The position numbers and the translations under genes are program-made. Positions 1-13,800 of a stretch of 64,000 nucleotides of DNA are shown here, piece by piece. The stretch covers positions 43,648,001 to 43,712,000 of the forward strand of contig JBITNC010000001.1 of assembly GCA_050084985.1 (NCBI GenBank), in the 5' to 3' direction. Origin of the DNA: Nageia nagi. Taxonomy: Eukaryota; Plantae; Pinophyta. Position 1 is the first letter of the stretch. Each line of letters opens with the position of its first letter. The notes below the pieces were generated by a model. That model did not search any database and was not told the DNA's origin. It saw only the letters and a program-made list of their open reading frames with translations.

Positions 1-252
1 TTTTAGGGTTTAAACTTCTGTAGATGGTTGTTTCTCTTTTTTTTTTTTTCACAATCGATCAGGGTTGGTGTGTTGTTTCTTGAGGTTTAGCTGTTAAATC
101 CAATAAGCATTTGTTTAATAAAAATTGAAGGCCCTTACAGATTAGGAGATATTGAATTTTTTAGCATTAAGATTTTCTACCAGGAACTGCTAAATTACAG
201 TGCTGTCAACCAGTCAGCCTTGCTGTTGGTCTTAATGATTTGCAATATGTTG

Positions 253-537
253 ATTATTTAATCCGAAAGTTGAGCACAAATTCAAAGTTTTACAGGACGC
301 TTGTTGAGATGATGTATTAGTTAAAATAATAGATTTGGATTGGGCAAATTTTTAAAATCTATTTTCAGGGTAAATTTCGTAATCAGCTATGCCGCCCGTC
401 GTAGTGATTTAGAAGATGTTAATTATTTAATCCAAAAGTTGAGCACAAATTCAAAGTTTTACAGGTCTCTTGTTTGAACTTTGAGATGATGTATCCGTTA
501 GAATAATAGATTTAGATTGGACAAATTTTTAATATCT
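253..537. repeat. Local direct duplication of ~110 bp (253-360 and 422-537), probably in a 5'UTR intron
   Basis: attatttaatcc(g/a)aaagttgagcacaaattcaaagttttacagg...gagatgatgtat...aataatagattt occurs twice with a few substitutions and an indel. Confidence 0.75.
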
Positions 538-1225
538 GTGTTCTAAATTTTGTCCAGTGTTGAAAGATCAGAGCAGCATTTAATTAATATTTTATTTCTT
601 GTCAGGAATGTTTCTTGTTATTGCGCATTTAAGTTGTTTTGAATATGTTGCATGACCTTACTATGGAAGAAACTATCAACCGGAGTGGTGAAAAGTATAG
701 CAGAATGTAGGTGAAGGGTAGCTGTATATTATAGACAGTAAAATAGAATTTAAGTTTCAATATTGAAACCTACAGAGGTGGCCGAGGGTGTGGAGAGCCT
801 ACTTCCAATGGATTGTCATCAATGAAGATGCAAAATTCCACTCTGGGATATGGATAATCATCATGATTTCACAAGTTACAGAAGGTCGAATTCTGTTCTT
901 CAAGTGTGATTCGGTGGGAACATGGGTTGTATTCAAGATGGGGATAATTTCAACAGACGCCTTCTGCATATGAAGGGAATCTACTCCAAGTATTATTGAG
1001 AATTCTATATGAAGTAGAGGTCACAAAATGTTTCCTTGCAACTCGATAGACACCACCTTCATGCAAAACAAACAAAAGTAAATGAAATACCCTGAAATTT
1101 CAAATGCCAAAGACCTGTCCAATCCATTTCTTATCAGACAAATGATCACATACCATTCAAAATTATCAAAGTTTGCAACATAGATTTGTCAGAACGTTAC
1201 CAGCGTATAAACCAGCTACTACAGT

Positions 1226-1830
1226 CTTTTTTTATTTATTTCAATGTTCATTGCTAGTTGTTTTTATTAGTAAGTTCTTGAAATATGTGTGTTTTTGATG
1301 TATTCTACCCCTGTATTCAATTTCTGAGCAATGGCCTCCCTATGCTGGCAGTTTGTGGTAGTCTGGCACCAATACCCACGGCCATGGCGATTATAGTTGG
1401 CATTACGCAAATATTCTCGAGCTGGAAAGGAATTTGCAGAACGTATTGTGAATATGAAATCGTTGACCTCCTGAGAATTTCAAGTTACATAGTACTTGAG
1501 GATTTGTGCTAGATTTTCTTACCCTATTTCTTATTGTGAAGATGATCATGCCTTGGTTGGCCAACCAGTCTACTCCCTTGTCGTCATTCCTTCCCACAGC
1601 TTTGACTTCTTTATGCATCTCTCTAGTCTCAAAATTCATTGCGTCCAAAAAGATATCCCTTCTCACATTTCTAATTTCTTTAAGATTCTCTCTAATATGA
1701 AACTTCATTGCATCCATGTCCTTCCAGAAATCTATGAGCTCCGAGTTAGCTGGTTAAGTCTTTTGAACATTGACACAACTATTTGAGAATCTCCCTCTAT
1801 GTATACCACTTTCCAACAATTCATAGAATG
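1226..1830 (-). mobile_element. 3' remnant of an L1-clade LINE with an RNase H-like domain
   Basis: Minus-strand translation gives KVVYIEGDSQIVVSMFK (~1765-1815) and DWLANQG (~1550-1570), hallmark motifs of plant LINE RNase H-like domains; T-run at ~1226 may be the poly(A) tail; boundaries approximate. Confidence 0.6.
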
Positions 1831-4680
1831 ATTATCAGCATATCATGAAGTTATTTCAAAAGGGGCAGCGTCATAAAATCGTGGTTCTAGGAATCGGAAA
1901 CCAAGAGATATTATTGTTCTTTTAAGGCCAGAAAAGGCAACACATCTCCACAGTAGGTTTTAAAATATATTTTACTGACATGCTGTTATCATCCTTGCCC
2001 TTCGGAAACAAATTTCTAGCTCAGGATTTCTAATTAAAACAGTTACGGTGTTACAGCTTTCTAGTATTTGACTGGAATTCAAAATACTCGTTTTTTATTG
2101 TTAATTACATCTGTCAAAGCCATATCAGTCCACTACTTAGGAAGAATTAATCATTCTTTGAACTTTAGATGTAATAATGTATTATGAGACTGTTGTCATT
2201 TTTGTGTGTGATTGTTTTTTTTTGTTTGCTTTCAGACCAGTGAAAATAGGGCCTGAAATCTAAGGCATATCAATGTAGCAAACAGACACCAATAACCGAC
2301 TCCATTAAGCCACTTATAAGGATGATATTCATGTTTTCCTGACAAACTAACTCCATTGTACAGTCTAACTCAAAAAACATTAAATGTGAAATTGAGGGGA
2401 AGTTGGTGTCAGTTCTTTGACCATATTTACCATTGAGCTTTCTATCTTTTGGCAAGATAAGTAGGAAGGAGAAACAGAGTATGGATTCTTTGCTGGTTGT
2501 TTTGCACCACTTTTTTAACTTCCTGTCTGAGATGCAGCATCTCCTGCCTCACTGGCTTGATTTCATTCAGCCTACTTCCATGGAAACTGAGGTTTTGTTT
2601 GAGAAATTAGAGGGGGGGTCCTAGCAGCCGCACTTCATGTGAGAGCGCAAGGTGTTGACCATGGTAGAAGTATTTCTTCTGTGCCAGGGCTCCTCTTCAG
2701 AGTTCTGACCAGCCTCTCAAAATAGATTATATGTTATCTTTATTCCAACATGTTTAGAGATTTCCAAGATGAAAATAATATAAACTTGAGTGATTTATTC
2801 TCTACCAAACAAGAAAAGAAACATTTATGAAAATAGAAATTATAGAAATTTTATTGATGTCAACTAGTGACCAAAGGAGGTCAATGGCATTTGAAAATAA
2901 GTGTCCAAGTACAAGAAAGTGAAGGTCCTGGAGGCTGGAAGAGGATGCTTGAAGCTAGAAAACGTCCAAAGCTAAAGATACAACCAAGTCAAATAAAACA
3001 CAGTATCTAGAGTATGGTGAAATATTTACTTTAAATAACATGGCATAGCCCAATTCTATGGATAGCAAAGTTAGATTTAATCAGTTATTACCTCTTGGAG
3101 TGGTAGGAGAAGCATGGCCATCATCAACTACTCCGAAAGAGCTTATACAGATCAGATGATACTTGGGGGAGCCACGGTTGATTGTGACTGGCGGGTAATC
3201 ATAGGAGATGTTTTTCGTATGAATTTAAAACAAAGGGTATAGGAGAGGCCCTAGCAGCAGCAGATCGTGGGGAAGACATGGCTATGTGAATCATAAAATT
3301 GAATCACAGAAGTATCAAGAGGGCATTTGGTGCACTAAGAAGACTGACTAGACTGGTTTTGATTGCATACTCGACATGTTAGACACTAGCGTACATACTA
3401 ATGCCATACCCAATGTTCCCATATTGATTATCCTTATGTTGGCTTGGTTTGGTGATCTCTCGGGATCATCAACTGAAATAATGATGTTTAACCTCTTTTT
3501 TAATATTTTATATATAAAAGAAAGTTCAGATGACCCTTTTTAATATTGGCTGCTTGATTAGCATCTCTTTTAGATGGTTAATGTTTAATGGTATATAACT
3601 TAGTTGCTAGCACTATAGCCTCGAGCAACAAATATGAAAAAAGTTCAATCTTGAATGTAATAATTACCTTGAGCTGTTTGAATTGAAATCTCCATTTATC
3701 CGCATCACTGTACAACTGTCAAAGAAGTCTCATTAGCCATTTTAAGGACTTGATTCAACCTTTCATTGTAGAAGTATCATTAGCAGCCAAATTCTGGTCC
3801 AGGCATCCTCTTCTCCTTATGAAATAGAAGTATTAACATATTAGATACTAAATAACCAACAAAAGGAACAGTAGATGTTACAGAAAATTTGATTTCTTCT
3901 ACATTTATTCATTTGACTTGTGTTCAATACAAATTCAGAGGAAAATGATTGGATCTACTTTCTAGTTATGCATTTATTTCCTTCATCGCTGGAATTAGAT
4001 TTTGGGATCTAAAAGAATATAATGAGGATTAAGATTTCAGCTTGGCTTGAGGATTAAAGAATTTCTTCCTGGTATGTTCTGTTCTCTTAGTGAGTAATGA
4101 AACAGAAAGATAACTGATAAAGGGAATGGCAAATTCTATATAGAAAATGTTTGCATCCTTTCTCAAATGTTCATTGCCCTGGTGGTTATCAAACAGAGAA
4201 AAATAGTTGCATTCACTCTCTAATCCAATGGATTTATGGCTTTCCACATCACTATTAGTTTTCAATCTAAAATAGTCTTTTGATAAGAACCCAACTTTAG
4301 TTTTCTTTTGTTGATTTGTACACTGTCATGCATGGGTTTGCTTGCCATTGTGTCATATGCCTTTCAGAGAGGAATCTCTTCAACTTATCTTTTTGCACCT
4401 GGCTAATGTTTTTTGCTAGCACTTGTTGCAGACAGTGAAGCCTTATATGAGCTAGAGTTTATAGTGGATGAAGTATGTAATTACTGTATAGATGTGAATT
4501 AATTACTGTTCCTTAAATGGTGTTAAACTTGGCAGGTTAGTGACAATCCATTTGAGGCTTGCTGATTGACATCCACAGGTTGCTATGGGCACTTAGTTAT
4601 TTATGAAGGTCACATTTGAATTTGAAAGAACCACTGGATGTTTTTGATGCAAGTGGAAAGTCAAAGAATCAAGTGGTGGA

Positions 4681-4815
4681 ATGGGAGCATGTTGTTGCTG
4701 CTGCTTTAGGGCAGATGATTATAATGGAGGAGGCCCAGGATTTTGTTGCGCACGGTGTTGTTGTCCTTCATGCCTGGGCTGTTGCTGTGGCAGGGTATCT
4801 TTCTACCCAGTTTAT
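4681..4815 (+). CDS. RHB1A: RING-H2 gene coding exon 1 (MGACCCCCFRADDYNGGGPGFCCARCCCPSCLGCCCGRVSFYPVY)
   Basis: ATG at 4681; donor GTATTT at 4816 after PVY, matching the family PVY.../C junction; not in the ORF track frames. Confidence 0.8.
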
Positions 4816-7800
4816 GTATTTTTTCACTTCAAAAAAATTCTTTTCTAATTTGTTGTCACCCACACATGCTTGAATGTGAACACTCACATGTGCATGCAAA
4901 TGTACTGAGGGAGTACACATTTTTCAATTTGTTTAGAAATAAAGTGATTTGAAGCCCGAGTTGATTGCTCTTAGGACTATAATTTGTGTAACTTGCATTC
5001 CAAGCCCAAGCATAATTTCATTGCAGCTGTGGTTACTAAGCTTTCAGTTATTCTATCTCCCTTCAAATTGTTTCTGCATGCAACAATGTATCAGAAAATA
5101 CAATTTAATTGAAATGATAAACCCTATATTGAATAGTCAGAAACATGTAGGAAGTTTGTTGAGTTTTAGGCAGGACTTTGATGCTGATATGCATGGAGCT
5201 TTTGACCTCACAATTATCCTTTAAAACAAAACTTCTTCCTTTTCTTATAACACAACTACATGTACAATGCATCCAATCCAAGGATTGGATTTTATGAATC
5301 TGGACAATAATGCTATATCAAAAAAATGATAAGGATTATCATAGGTTTATCTAGGTAGTGTGCAATTTAAGTACATTTTTACTTGCAAAAAAAATTAAAT
5401 TGGAGGTTTAGTCAACAAATGGCTTTTCTATGTACTGTAGGCAGAGCCAAGAGGAGCAATATGTTCTGAATATGTGAAAGTGAGATCAAATAGTTGCATA
5501 TGTTGATATGTACAAGCATTTAATGCTTTGAAATTTGTTAACTGAAGCATGTGCGCTGTAGTCTTTTTGCCCTTTCTTGGATTCACTGTGGCTATTTTGT
5601 TCACTTGCAGTTTGCCAACCTTATTACTTCCCTTTCACTATCTTTTCATTGCCTTCTTGTGTGCTGGTTCGATCATCATCCTCTCTTGTTCTATTGCTAG
5701 CCATAGAATGCTCTCTTTCATTTGTACTATTCCATTTGCAACACTTCCTGCAGATGCATGAGGATTTTATTTCGTCAATTAACAGAACTGGTTTTTGAAA
5801 AACAAATGCAAGTTAAATTGAATGTTAGGCCTACTTTTGAAGTTGCCACAAGAAAGATTAATAGTTTATTTGAGATTCTAATCTATCTAAATTGACACTG
5901 ATATTAATAAAGGGCATGGGGTGCAAAACACTTTTCTAAAGCAGCTCATATGCTTTAATAACTTGTTGAAGATAACTAGATGCACCAAGGAATTCACTTT
6001 ATGTCTGCGATTCTAATTCTTTATGAGTTGTCCTTTGTTAAAGTTGAACTTCTTCTAGAAATGATATGAAGTGAGGGTTTCTTCCATCAAACAACTGTTG
6101 CCTTTACACTCTTTACAGAAGCCATCTTGTTCATAGCCACATACATGCTGGAACAGTTCTTAACATTTTTCATCTCTTGGGTAGCTATATTTGGATCAGA
6201 CAAAGGAAATTTTATGTTGCTTGCTTTTCAAGTTCCAATACATGTCTATGCATGTTCAACACACCTGGTTTTAATTTGGAGTTAGATTGGATAGTAGATC
6301 ATGGATCAGGAACTTGTTTCACATTATTATTGGAAGTTCATTGTATCTTAAGATTACTCGATTACATGCAGTGCACTCCTACTGCTGAAGAGCAGGATTC
6401 TTCATCATCTGCGCAAGGTGTGTCATCTTCAGCCTCTGCAGGGCTTTTAGTTGGGGTTTTGGATGCAACAATTCCTGATACGTATCGCGCTCCACCAACA
6501 CCATTACCTTATGATGCAGATGTGAGGTACATAAGAACACCACGTGATGGACCAGGTTCAAGGAATGATAAGGGTGGTCCTGTTCAAAGTAGGGATTTGG
6601 AAAATATAAATCGGAGCACTGATGAGGGGGAGGGTGAAGCATTGGCTGCATTTGAAAATTTGAAAAGTGCAGAGTTCAAGAAACAATTAAAGGATAGCAA
6701 GCCTAGCTCTCCAGATAAATCCCCTGCATCCAAATTAAGTGAAATTTTTGCATTCACAGATGAGGAGGATATCTGTCCAACTTGTCTTGAAGGTAAGAAG
6801 TCTGCATTATTTGCTATTGATATAGTAATTCAAAAGGGTTCTTTAGGTATTGATTAAAAATTCTTATAGTTTAAACATAACATTAGCCATTTTACTTTTT
6901 AATGTACTGAAATTGTGTTTTACTAAAGTCAATATCTAATCTCTTAAAAGCATTGAGAGAATACTGTTAGCTATATGTTACGTTCAAAATGGAAGCTTAA
7001 TTCTGTGTAGAGGCTCATTATTCCTTGTATGGAGGACAATGTTGGTGTGCTCAACTTTATAGAACATATCCATACTTTCACAGTGGCCATCATAAAAGAC
7101 AGCCTTTCTGCAATAGCATCTTTCCTCATGATTCCCCTGTCCAATTGCTTCTTATCACTTTGGAATTGCACTTTGCCTTGACCACCTTGGGACTAATTCC
7201 GTAGTATTTACTATTTTTGCATTCTTCACTATTCATTAATTATGCATTTACCATAACAAATTGAAGACAGTTTATCTTAAAGTGGAAATGATGAGCCCCT
7301 TGGGACTAGTTCATTAGTATTTAATATTTTTGTATTCCTCATTGTCATGACCCTGCCTCAACTCACGATTATTCAAACACAAATTTTCCCATATATTTCA
7401 CATGAGTGAGGTTTTTGTTTTTCAAATAAAACTTGTCAATCACAAGTACAGGATTTCGTAAGTTCCAACTCACACAAAATATCAATAATTATGATTTATG
7501 AAATTGTAATTCAATCTTTCTAAGAATCAGTACATCGGATCACTGATTACATAAATGTACTCATTTACAAGGATCAGTCTTGATATTACAATATCCTTTA
7601 CATAACGGATCATAACCTTTAAATACATCATAGTGGATTGAATTATTGATGAGCTATGCGACACTCTCTCCATGACTTGGAGGAGCCACATAAATGATTT
7701 GGTGAAAGGGTCAGGGAACTCTCTTTCTTGTTTGTAATCTATGCATTCTCATGTATAATACATACTCTATGCAACTATGCAAATCTATTGCTTATTTCCT

Positions 7801-10800
7801 TCTGCAATGAATGATAGTCTTTCATTAATCATGCTATCTATGCTATTATAAATATGAAAGTCCATCATTGATGTCAAGCAAACAGTCATATGTAGTATGC
7901 CATTTACAATATAACATTTATGAAGTAGAATTCATAAAATTTATAGGCCTAAATGATCATGCATTAATTCTATTATGAAATTCATTAGGAAAACCATCCA
8001 ATCCCATTTACCTTATGAGATAATTTTGCAATCATTCATGTTTCCTCAACTCACATGAGTGACAAATTTATAATGATAAAACAAAATGATTTTTGCTTTC
8101 ATAAAATCATCCTTAAATTCTATTTGCATATATCACTTCAGATTTTCACACCTTCATAGCTTCACATTTATAATAGTAGTATGGATAATTTCACACTTGC
8201 ATTAAGGATTGTATCCTCTCATGTTTATGTACATTGCAAATGCATGAATATTTATTACAATGTAATGCCCATAAAATTCACTAGTAAAAGAAAATCCCTT
8301 TTCCCTTTTCTAATTTTAACAGGTTATTAAACCAGTTTTTTATGTCATCAAGTATGTCATCGGGATCATGTCCATAAAGCCTTTATTTTCTATTAAAACA
8401 AGTCTATAAACACCCTCCTATAGGAAGGAATGTACATTATCTATTATTTATGTGATAAAAACTTCATTATTAAGCACCCTCCGGCCACTATTGTGGCCTC
8501 TGGGCTGTGCCATTCTCAATACAACGACAGGAGCCTTTCTTAAGGAAGGAGACCTTTTCATACTGCCTACAAAAAAGGAAGGATTCTCTTACCTATTCAC
8601 ACTATTGGGCAGAAGAGACAAGAGGCATATTTGTTATACAGCCTATCGAAAGAGGCAAACAACAAGTATTTAATAACTCTACAGCCCCACCTCACCCTAT
8701 TATTACTATCCATCTTTACTAGTTCTATCACTGGGGTGTGTCCTTAACTACAAAACCCCAACTGGTCTTTCCCTTCCCACACCTGATCAACAAGTGAACA
8801 TGCTTCCAGTTTCATACTTATATTGGAGGTTCGCAACCCTATTATCATTAGAGGGAGATGCAATTTCCAACCCTTGATAATAATGGGGGGCATTTAAATG
8901 TTCTGGCAAAAGCTGCTAGAGCGAGCGGGCGCCCTTCAATAGTATAATGAAGGCTACCTCATCTGTTCCAACAAGTAGCTACCCCTGAGCCTTAGTGCTT
9001 GAATAATAGGAATGGGGGTTATATATATATATATATATACAGTCTACCATATCTCAAATTGAATAGCAAGGGAGCCTAGGGGTGGGTCACAACACTCCTC
9101 ATTCATTAATTATGTGATGTTCATTACACATTTTGTTTTACTGTAGCATAGTTCCATATCTTTTTGAAGTGTGCATTGAGATAAAAGATTAACATTTAGG
9201 TGGCCAACTGGATTTGAATGCCTAATATTTGATTTGGAATATTTTAGAGAAAGGAAAATTTTACAAGGTTGCAAATGCTTGTACTTTCTTGCATTTGATT
9301 AAGAGTTTTCACTCATAATGCAATACAATAGTTGAATTTCTTATGTAGTCTGTGTTTTTATTAAATAGCTTGATTTTCTATTTCTTTTTTCTTTATCTGC
9401 AATAAAATAAAATTATAAATTCCAATTTTTTGAATGATTACATTATATATTATGATGCTCTACTTCTTCAGTCAACTGCTAATTTTGTGTACTTATATGT
9501 TGTTGCATTGTGTATTTGAACATATGTTTGTCTTATATTTCAACGTGCTATCATGTGGCAGGATATGACAAGGAGAATCCACGCATAATTACAAAATGTG
9601 AACACCATTTTCATCTTTCATGTATCCTTGAGTGGATGGAAAGAAGTGATCATTGCCCAATATGTGACAAGGTTAATCCTTACCTGCTTAATCTCTTATC
9701 ATTTTATCCCAGAATTGAGGTTTCAGTATTTGGCTGTTTTTTAGTACATTAGAATTTCATCTTTTTACTGCATATACAAGCCATTGGGATTTCAAATGAC
9801 TATTTAATTGCACTAACTTATTTTTACTTCCAGGAAATAGCAATATATACAACTCCCTAGGGTTCACTCTGAAGGCATCTTTTATAAAACTATATGTATG
9901 TGGAATTCACTTTTTGTAATGCTTTAAATCATAGGGCATTTTTTCTCCTTTTCAGCTTTTTGTGGATTTAGTTGATAGTAACGGTAGGTTATTTTACATA
10001 TATCTGACACTTTCTATGTATCAATTCTTTTGTATTACCTGGTATTGTCACATGCATGTAAATTGCTACTGCCAACAGCCTTTTCTTGTGTTTGGATATC
10101 TGTATTCAAAATGTTTAAAATGACAAAAACTGAAAAACATGCCATTGTGATTGGACTTACTTTTTTGTATAAATGTTGTTTCAGTCAAAATTATTTTTCA
10201 TTATCCATTCAGAAGGGAAAAATATGCCAGAAATTATAGTCGTGTTAACATGAGAAAAACCAAATGTCGATGGACTGAGTATGTTTGTGCATAGTGGCTG
10301 TTTGCAATATTTGATCATGTTTAAGTTGTTGGGATATGAAATTAATCAATTCAAGGACAAGTTTATGCTGCGTAGATTGTGAAAACATTTGGGAGACAGG
10401 ATAATATGCATTGTTGTTCACCAAATTTCAACTGCCAATGGACTGAGTATGTTTGTGCATAGTGGCTGTTTGCAATATTTGATCATGTTTAAGTTGTTGG
10501 GATATGAAATTAATCAATTCAAGGACAAGTTTATGCTGCGTAGATTGTGAAAATCTTTGAGAGACAGGATAATATGCATTTTTGTTCACCAAATTTCAAC
10601 TGCAACAAGTTTACAGTGCTTTGTTTGTTTAGACAACATAACCTGGTCACTTTGAAGATAATATACAGCTTTACATGGGCTTGGAAGTTCAGATAAGTTG
10701 ATGGACATTTACATCCACATTTCCATTAATATATAATTAAATCTCTTAGTGGAGTATAGCAAGACATTCTGCAGTTGCAACCATAACGAGACATTCTGCA

Positions 10801-13800
10801 GGTGCAACCATTGGACCTATATGACTCTCGACATTTTCTTGATTTGAGATTATTGCTCATTTGAAGTGTTGAATACCTGTCTCTATTTGATATGTGGTTT
10901 ATTTGGACATAAAGACTCTTGCAATTGTCTTGGAATGCTGGCACCAGTGAGAAATTCTACTTGTATATGGTTTGGCAATCGCATCTTCAACAGTGAGAAA
11001 TTCTACTTGTATATGGTTTGCACAAAGAGAATTTGTGTGAATGCCTATGTATTGAGACTAAACCTCACTCTTTTAATATATGGGCCAATGATGTTTGATT
11101 TACTTAAGGTCCTATACAAGGCTAAAATGTTGAACTTTTAGGTCAAGCTTTCCCAATTGAATTGATTGATGGCTGTATGCCTGCTGGGGTTTTAACCTGG
11201 ATCTTTAGCATGGTGAAACTCCATCTCAGCCACTAGCCCACAGCCCAAAAGATATTAGATCTTCACATTAGTGAATGCACTTCTAATAGTAAGGGCCAGG
11301 GGGAGATCCCTAGTTTATAGGAAACCCCAATGCATAAATCTATAAAAGATTGGTGATATGGAAATTTTTGGAGTAAATGTTTATCAGAATTACATGAAAG
11401 ACTTCTAGCTTGAGCCTTGCCACAAATTAGTTCAGAATTTGCTGGCTAGTGCCTCGTAAAAATATGTAATGATATTTAAATTTCTTTAAGTTATATGTTT
11501 TTCTTTCCATTAAAACCACAAATTATAATCACTTTCATTGGAGAAATAACTGCATTCAAAGATTTTTTGATTTGCAATACCATCAAGTGTTGTTTCATTG
11601 ATATTGCTCAAATTCTTTCATGATATTTGCTATGAATAGAGCTTTTTGTTGAGCAAGGTGCAACGATGATGTTGTCATTGTTGTCAACACACTCCGTGGG
11701 ATTTAGTTAATGCAGCAGTGAGTTGTTCGGTGTTTGTACAAAGGTATTCAATGATATTGAGGATGTGTTTGATGTGCTGTTGAAGTTGTTGCAAGTGATT
11801 GTTGCAATTGATTTCTGCAAATTTGTAAAAATGGCAAAAGTCATCCTAAAGTTGTCAAAATGTTGTAAAATTTGCAAAAGTTGACCAAAAATTGTTTGGA
11901 CCTTATTTGGAGATGTTTGGTTTGTGTGAAGACGTGTTCAGTGCTCAAGTGAAATTGGTGCAGCCTATTCTTGCAAAATTTCAGTAATTGCTAATAAGTT
12001 GTGAAAATTTGAAAATTACAATAGTTTCTGATAAGTTGCAAATAGTGCAAAAGTTGTCAAAAAGATGCAATTCTTGAAAATGTTGCTAATGCGTACCAAT
12101 GGATTGTGTTGGATGGTCCAACATATCATTTAAAGCCTGGTTTGTTAGTTGGAAGTGAAGTTGCAACGTTGGATAGAAGTTGGTACTGATTTGGATTCCC
12201 TTGGCAATTTCGATGAAACAAATCAATTTTGCTTTGGTGTGTGTTCGAACAGGATGGATCAGTGTGGAATATGTCAGCATGTGTGGAAAGAGGTCAGTAT
12301 GGTGTTTAAGATGTTAGCTCGGTGTTTGGACCAATCATTTGCATTGTTGGTATTTGGTTGGATAATTTTGCACATTTGAGGACAGTTGTAAAATCAACCT
12401 TGGTGGCCATTTTGTAAGGGAAATATTAAGAAAACCATGAAGAGTTAGACCACAATTTTAACTGAAGGTAGTTGATATTAAGATATGCATACGGTTCAAA
12501 TTTCAAGTCAAACGGACACTAGAGGCAGAAATGGCGTGAGTTGCAAAAATTAATTTTTAAATTTTTCCAGTTTTGATAGTTGTAAAATCAACCTAGAGGC
12601 CACTTTGTAAGTGGAATATTAAGCAAACCGTAAAAAGTTGGATCTTGAAATTTTGATTAAAGGTACTCAAATATATTAAGAGCTTAAGTTTTAAATTTCA
12701 GCTTAGACGAAGTTTGTATGTGGAAACGATGAGCGTTGCAAAATGGTTTCGAAACATTTTTTTCAGTTTTGAACAGTTTCGTTTGCGATAGTTTTGCTCT
12801 CAGATACTCAAATTCATATTTTGTTAGTTGCTGAATTTTTCATTCAAGTGTGTAATTATGAAAATATATTTACTCCAATTGATGACATAAGAAAATAATA
12901 GTTGGTGACATATTTGTGTCATAAGAATATTTGATAGGTGGAATATGAGAAGTTACAAAAATAAGAAGTTACAAAAAGGATTTACATATGAAGAGTTACA
13001 AATGACAAGTGACATGAGAATAATGTATCATAAAAGAGTTACGTATGAGGAGTTACAAATGACAAGTGGCATACGATAATATTGTGTCATAAAGAAGTTA
13101 CATAATTGGTAGATGACAAGTGGCAAGTGAGAAGATGAGAGTTACATAATGAAGGAGTTACAATTAGCAAATGGTATATAAGAATATTGTGTCATAAAAG
13201 AGTTACAAAATAAAGAATTATCAAAGGACGAGTGCTTGGAAAAAGAGATTCACATTTTGATTTCATGTAGAGTGTTTTTATCAACATGCAAAAAGATGAA
13301 AAATGTGAAAGAAAAGGAGTGTTATGGAATGGTGAAAATTTGAGTGTTGTGACCTTTAGTGTTGTGGTTGTCAATGTGAAGAACGTGTAGAGTTCTATTA
13401 GATAGATGCAGTGAAGAGATAGTGTGAGCTAGACCATTAGGGTCCTGTGATAAGATTTTTATTTGCCTATACTTTTTAGGATTGTTGAGTGGGTGCTTGG
13501 CGACAGGGGTTGGTGATCTTTGCAGTTGCTGCTCCAAAAGATTGGGTCGATTGAATGCTTGGCTACAAGAGTTGTGCTTCTTCTAGTTGGTGCTGGTAAA
13601 GTAGGGGTTGGTGCTCCTTTCGGTAGGTACTGGTAAATGATTGTAAAGTTGGTGTTTTACAAGGGTTGGATTTGGACCATGATCCAAGAAGTCTTATCTT
13701 AGGATGTAGCAATATTGGTGAACTTCGTTATCTTGTGTTGTGTGATGCTTTCTTGATATGTTTTCTTTTGTTTTGGTTTGTTTCAGTTTTTATTTTGCAT

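Noticed and set aside
780-1200. Coding-like minus-strand segment
   Set aside because: Stops in all frames and no recognisable motif; probably an old TE fragment but cannot be supported
4616-4952. ORF-track ORFs 4616..4873 and 4743..4952 as proteins
   Set aside because: They are off-frame overlaps of the true exon 1, which starts at ATG 4681 in the third frame
6177-6371. N-terminal part of the 226-aa ORF
   Set aside because: Intron read-through upstream of the acceptor at 6371; no family similarity
12880-13210. CRISPR-like or independent satellite array
   Set aside because: Eukaryotic context; irregular degenerate repeats internal to a solo LTR
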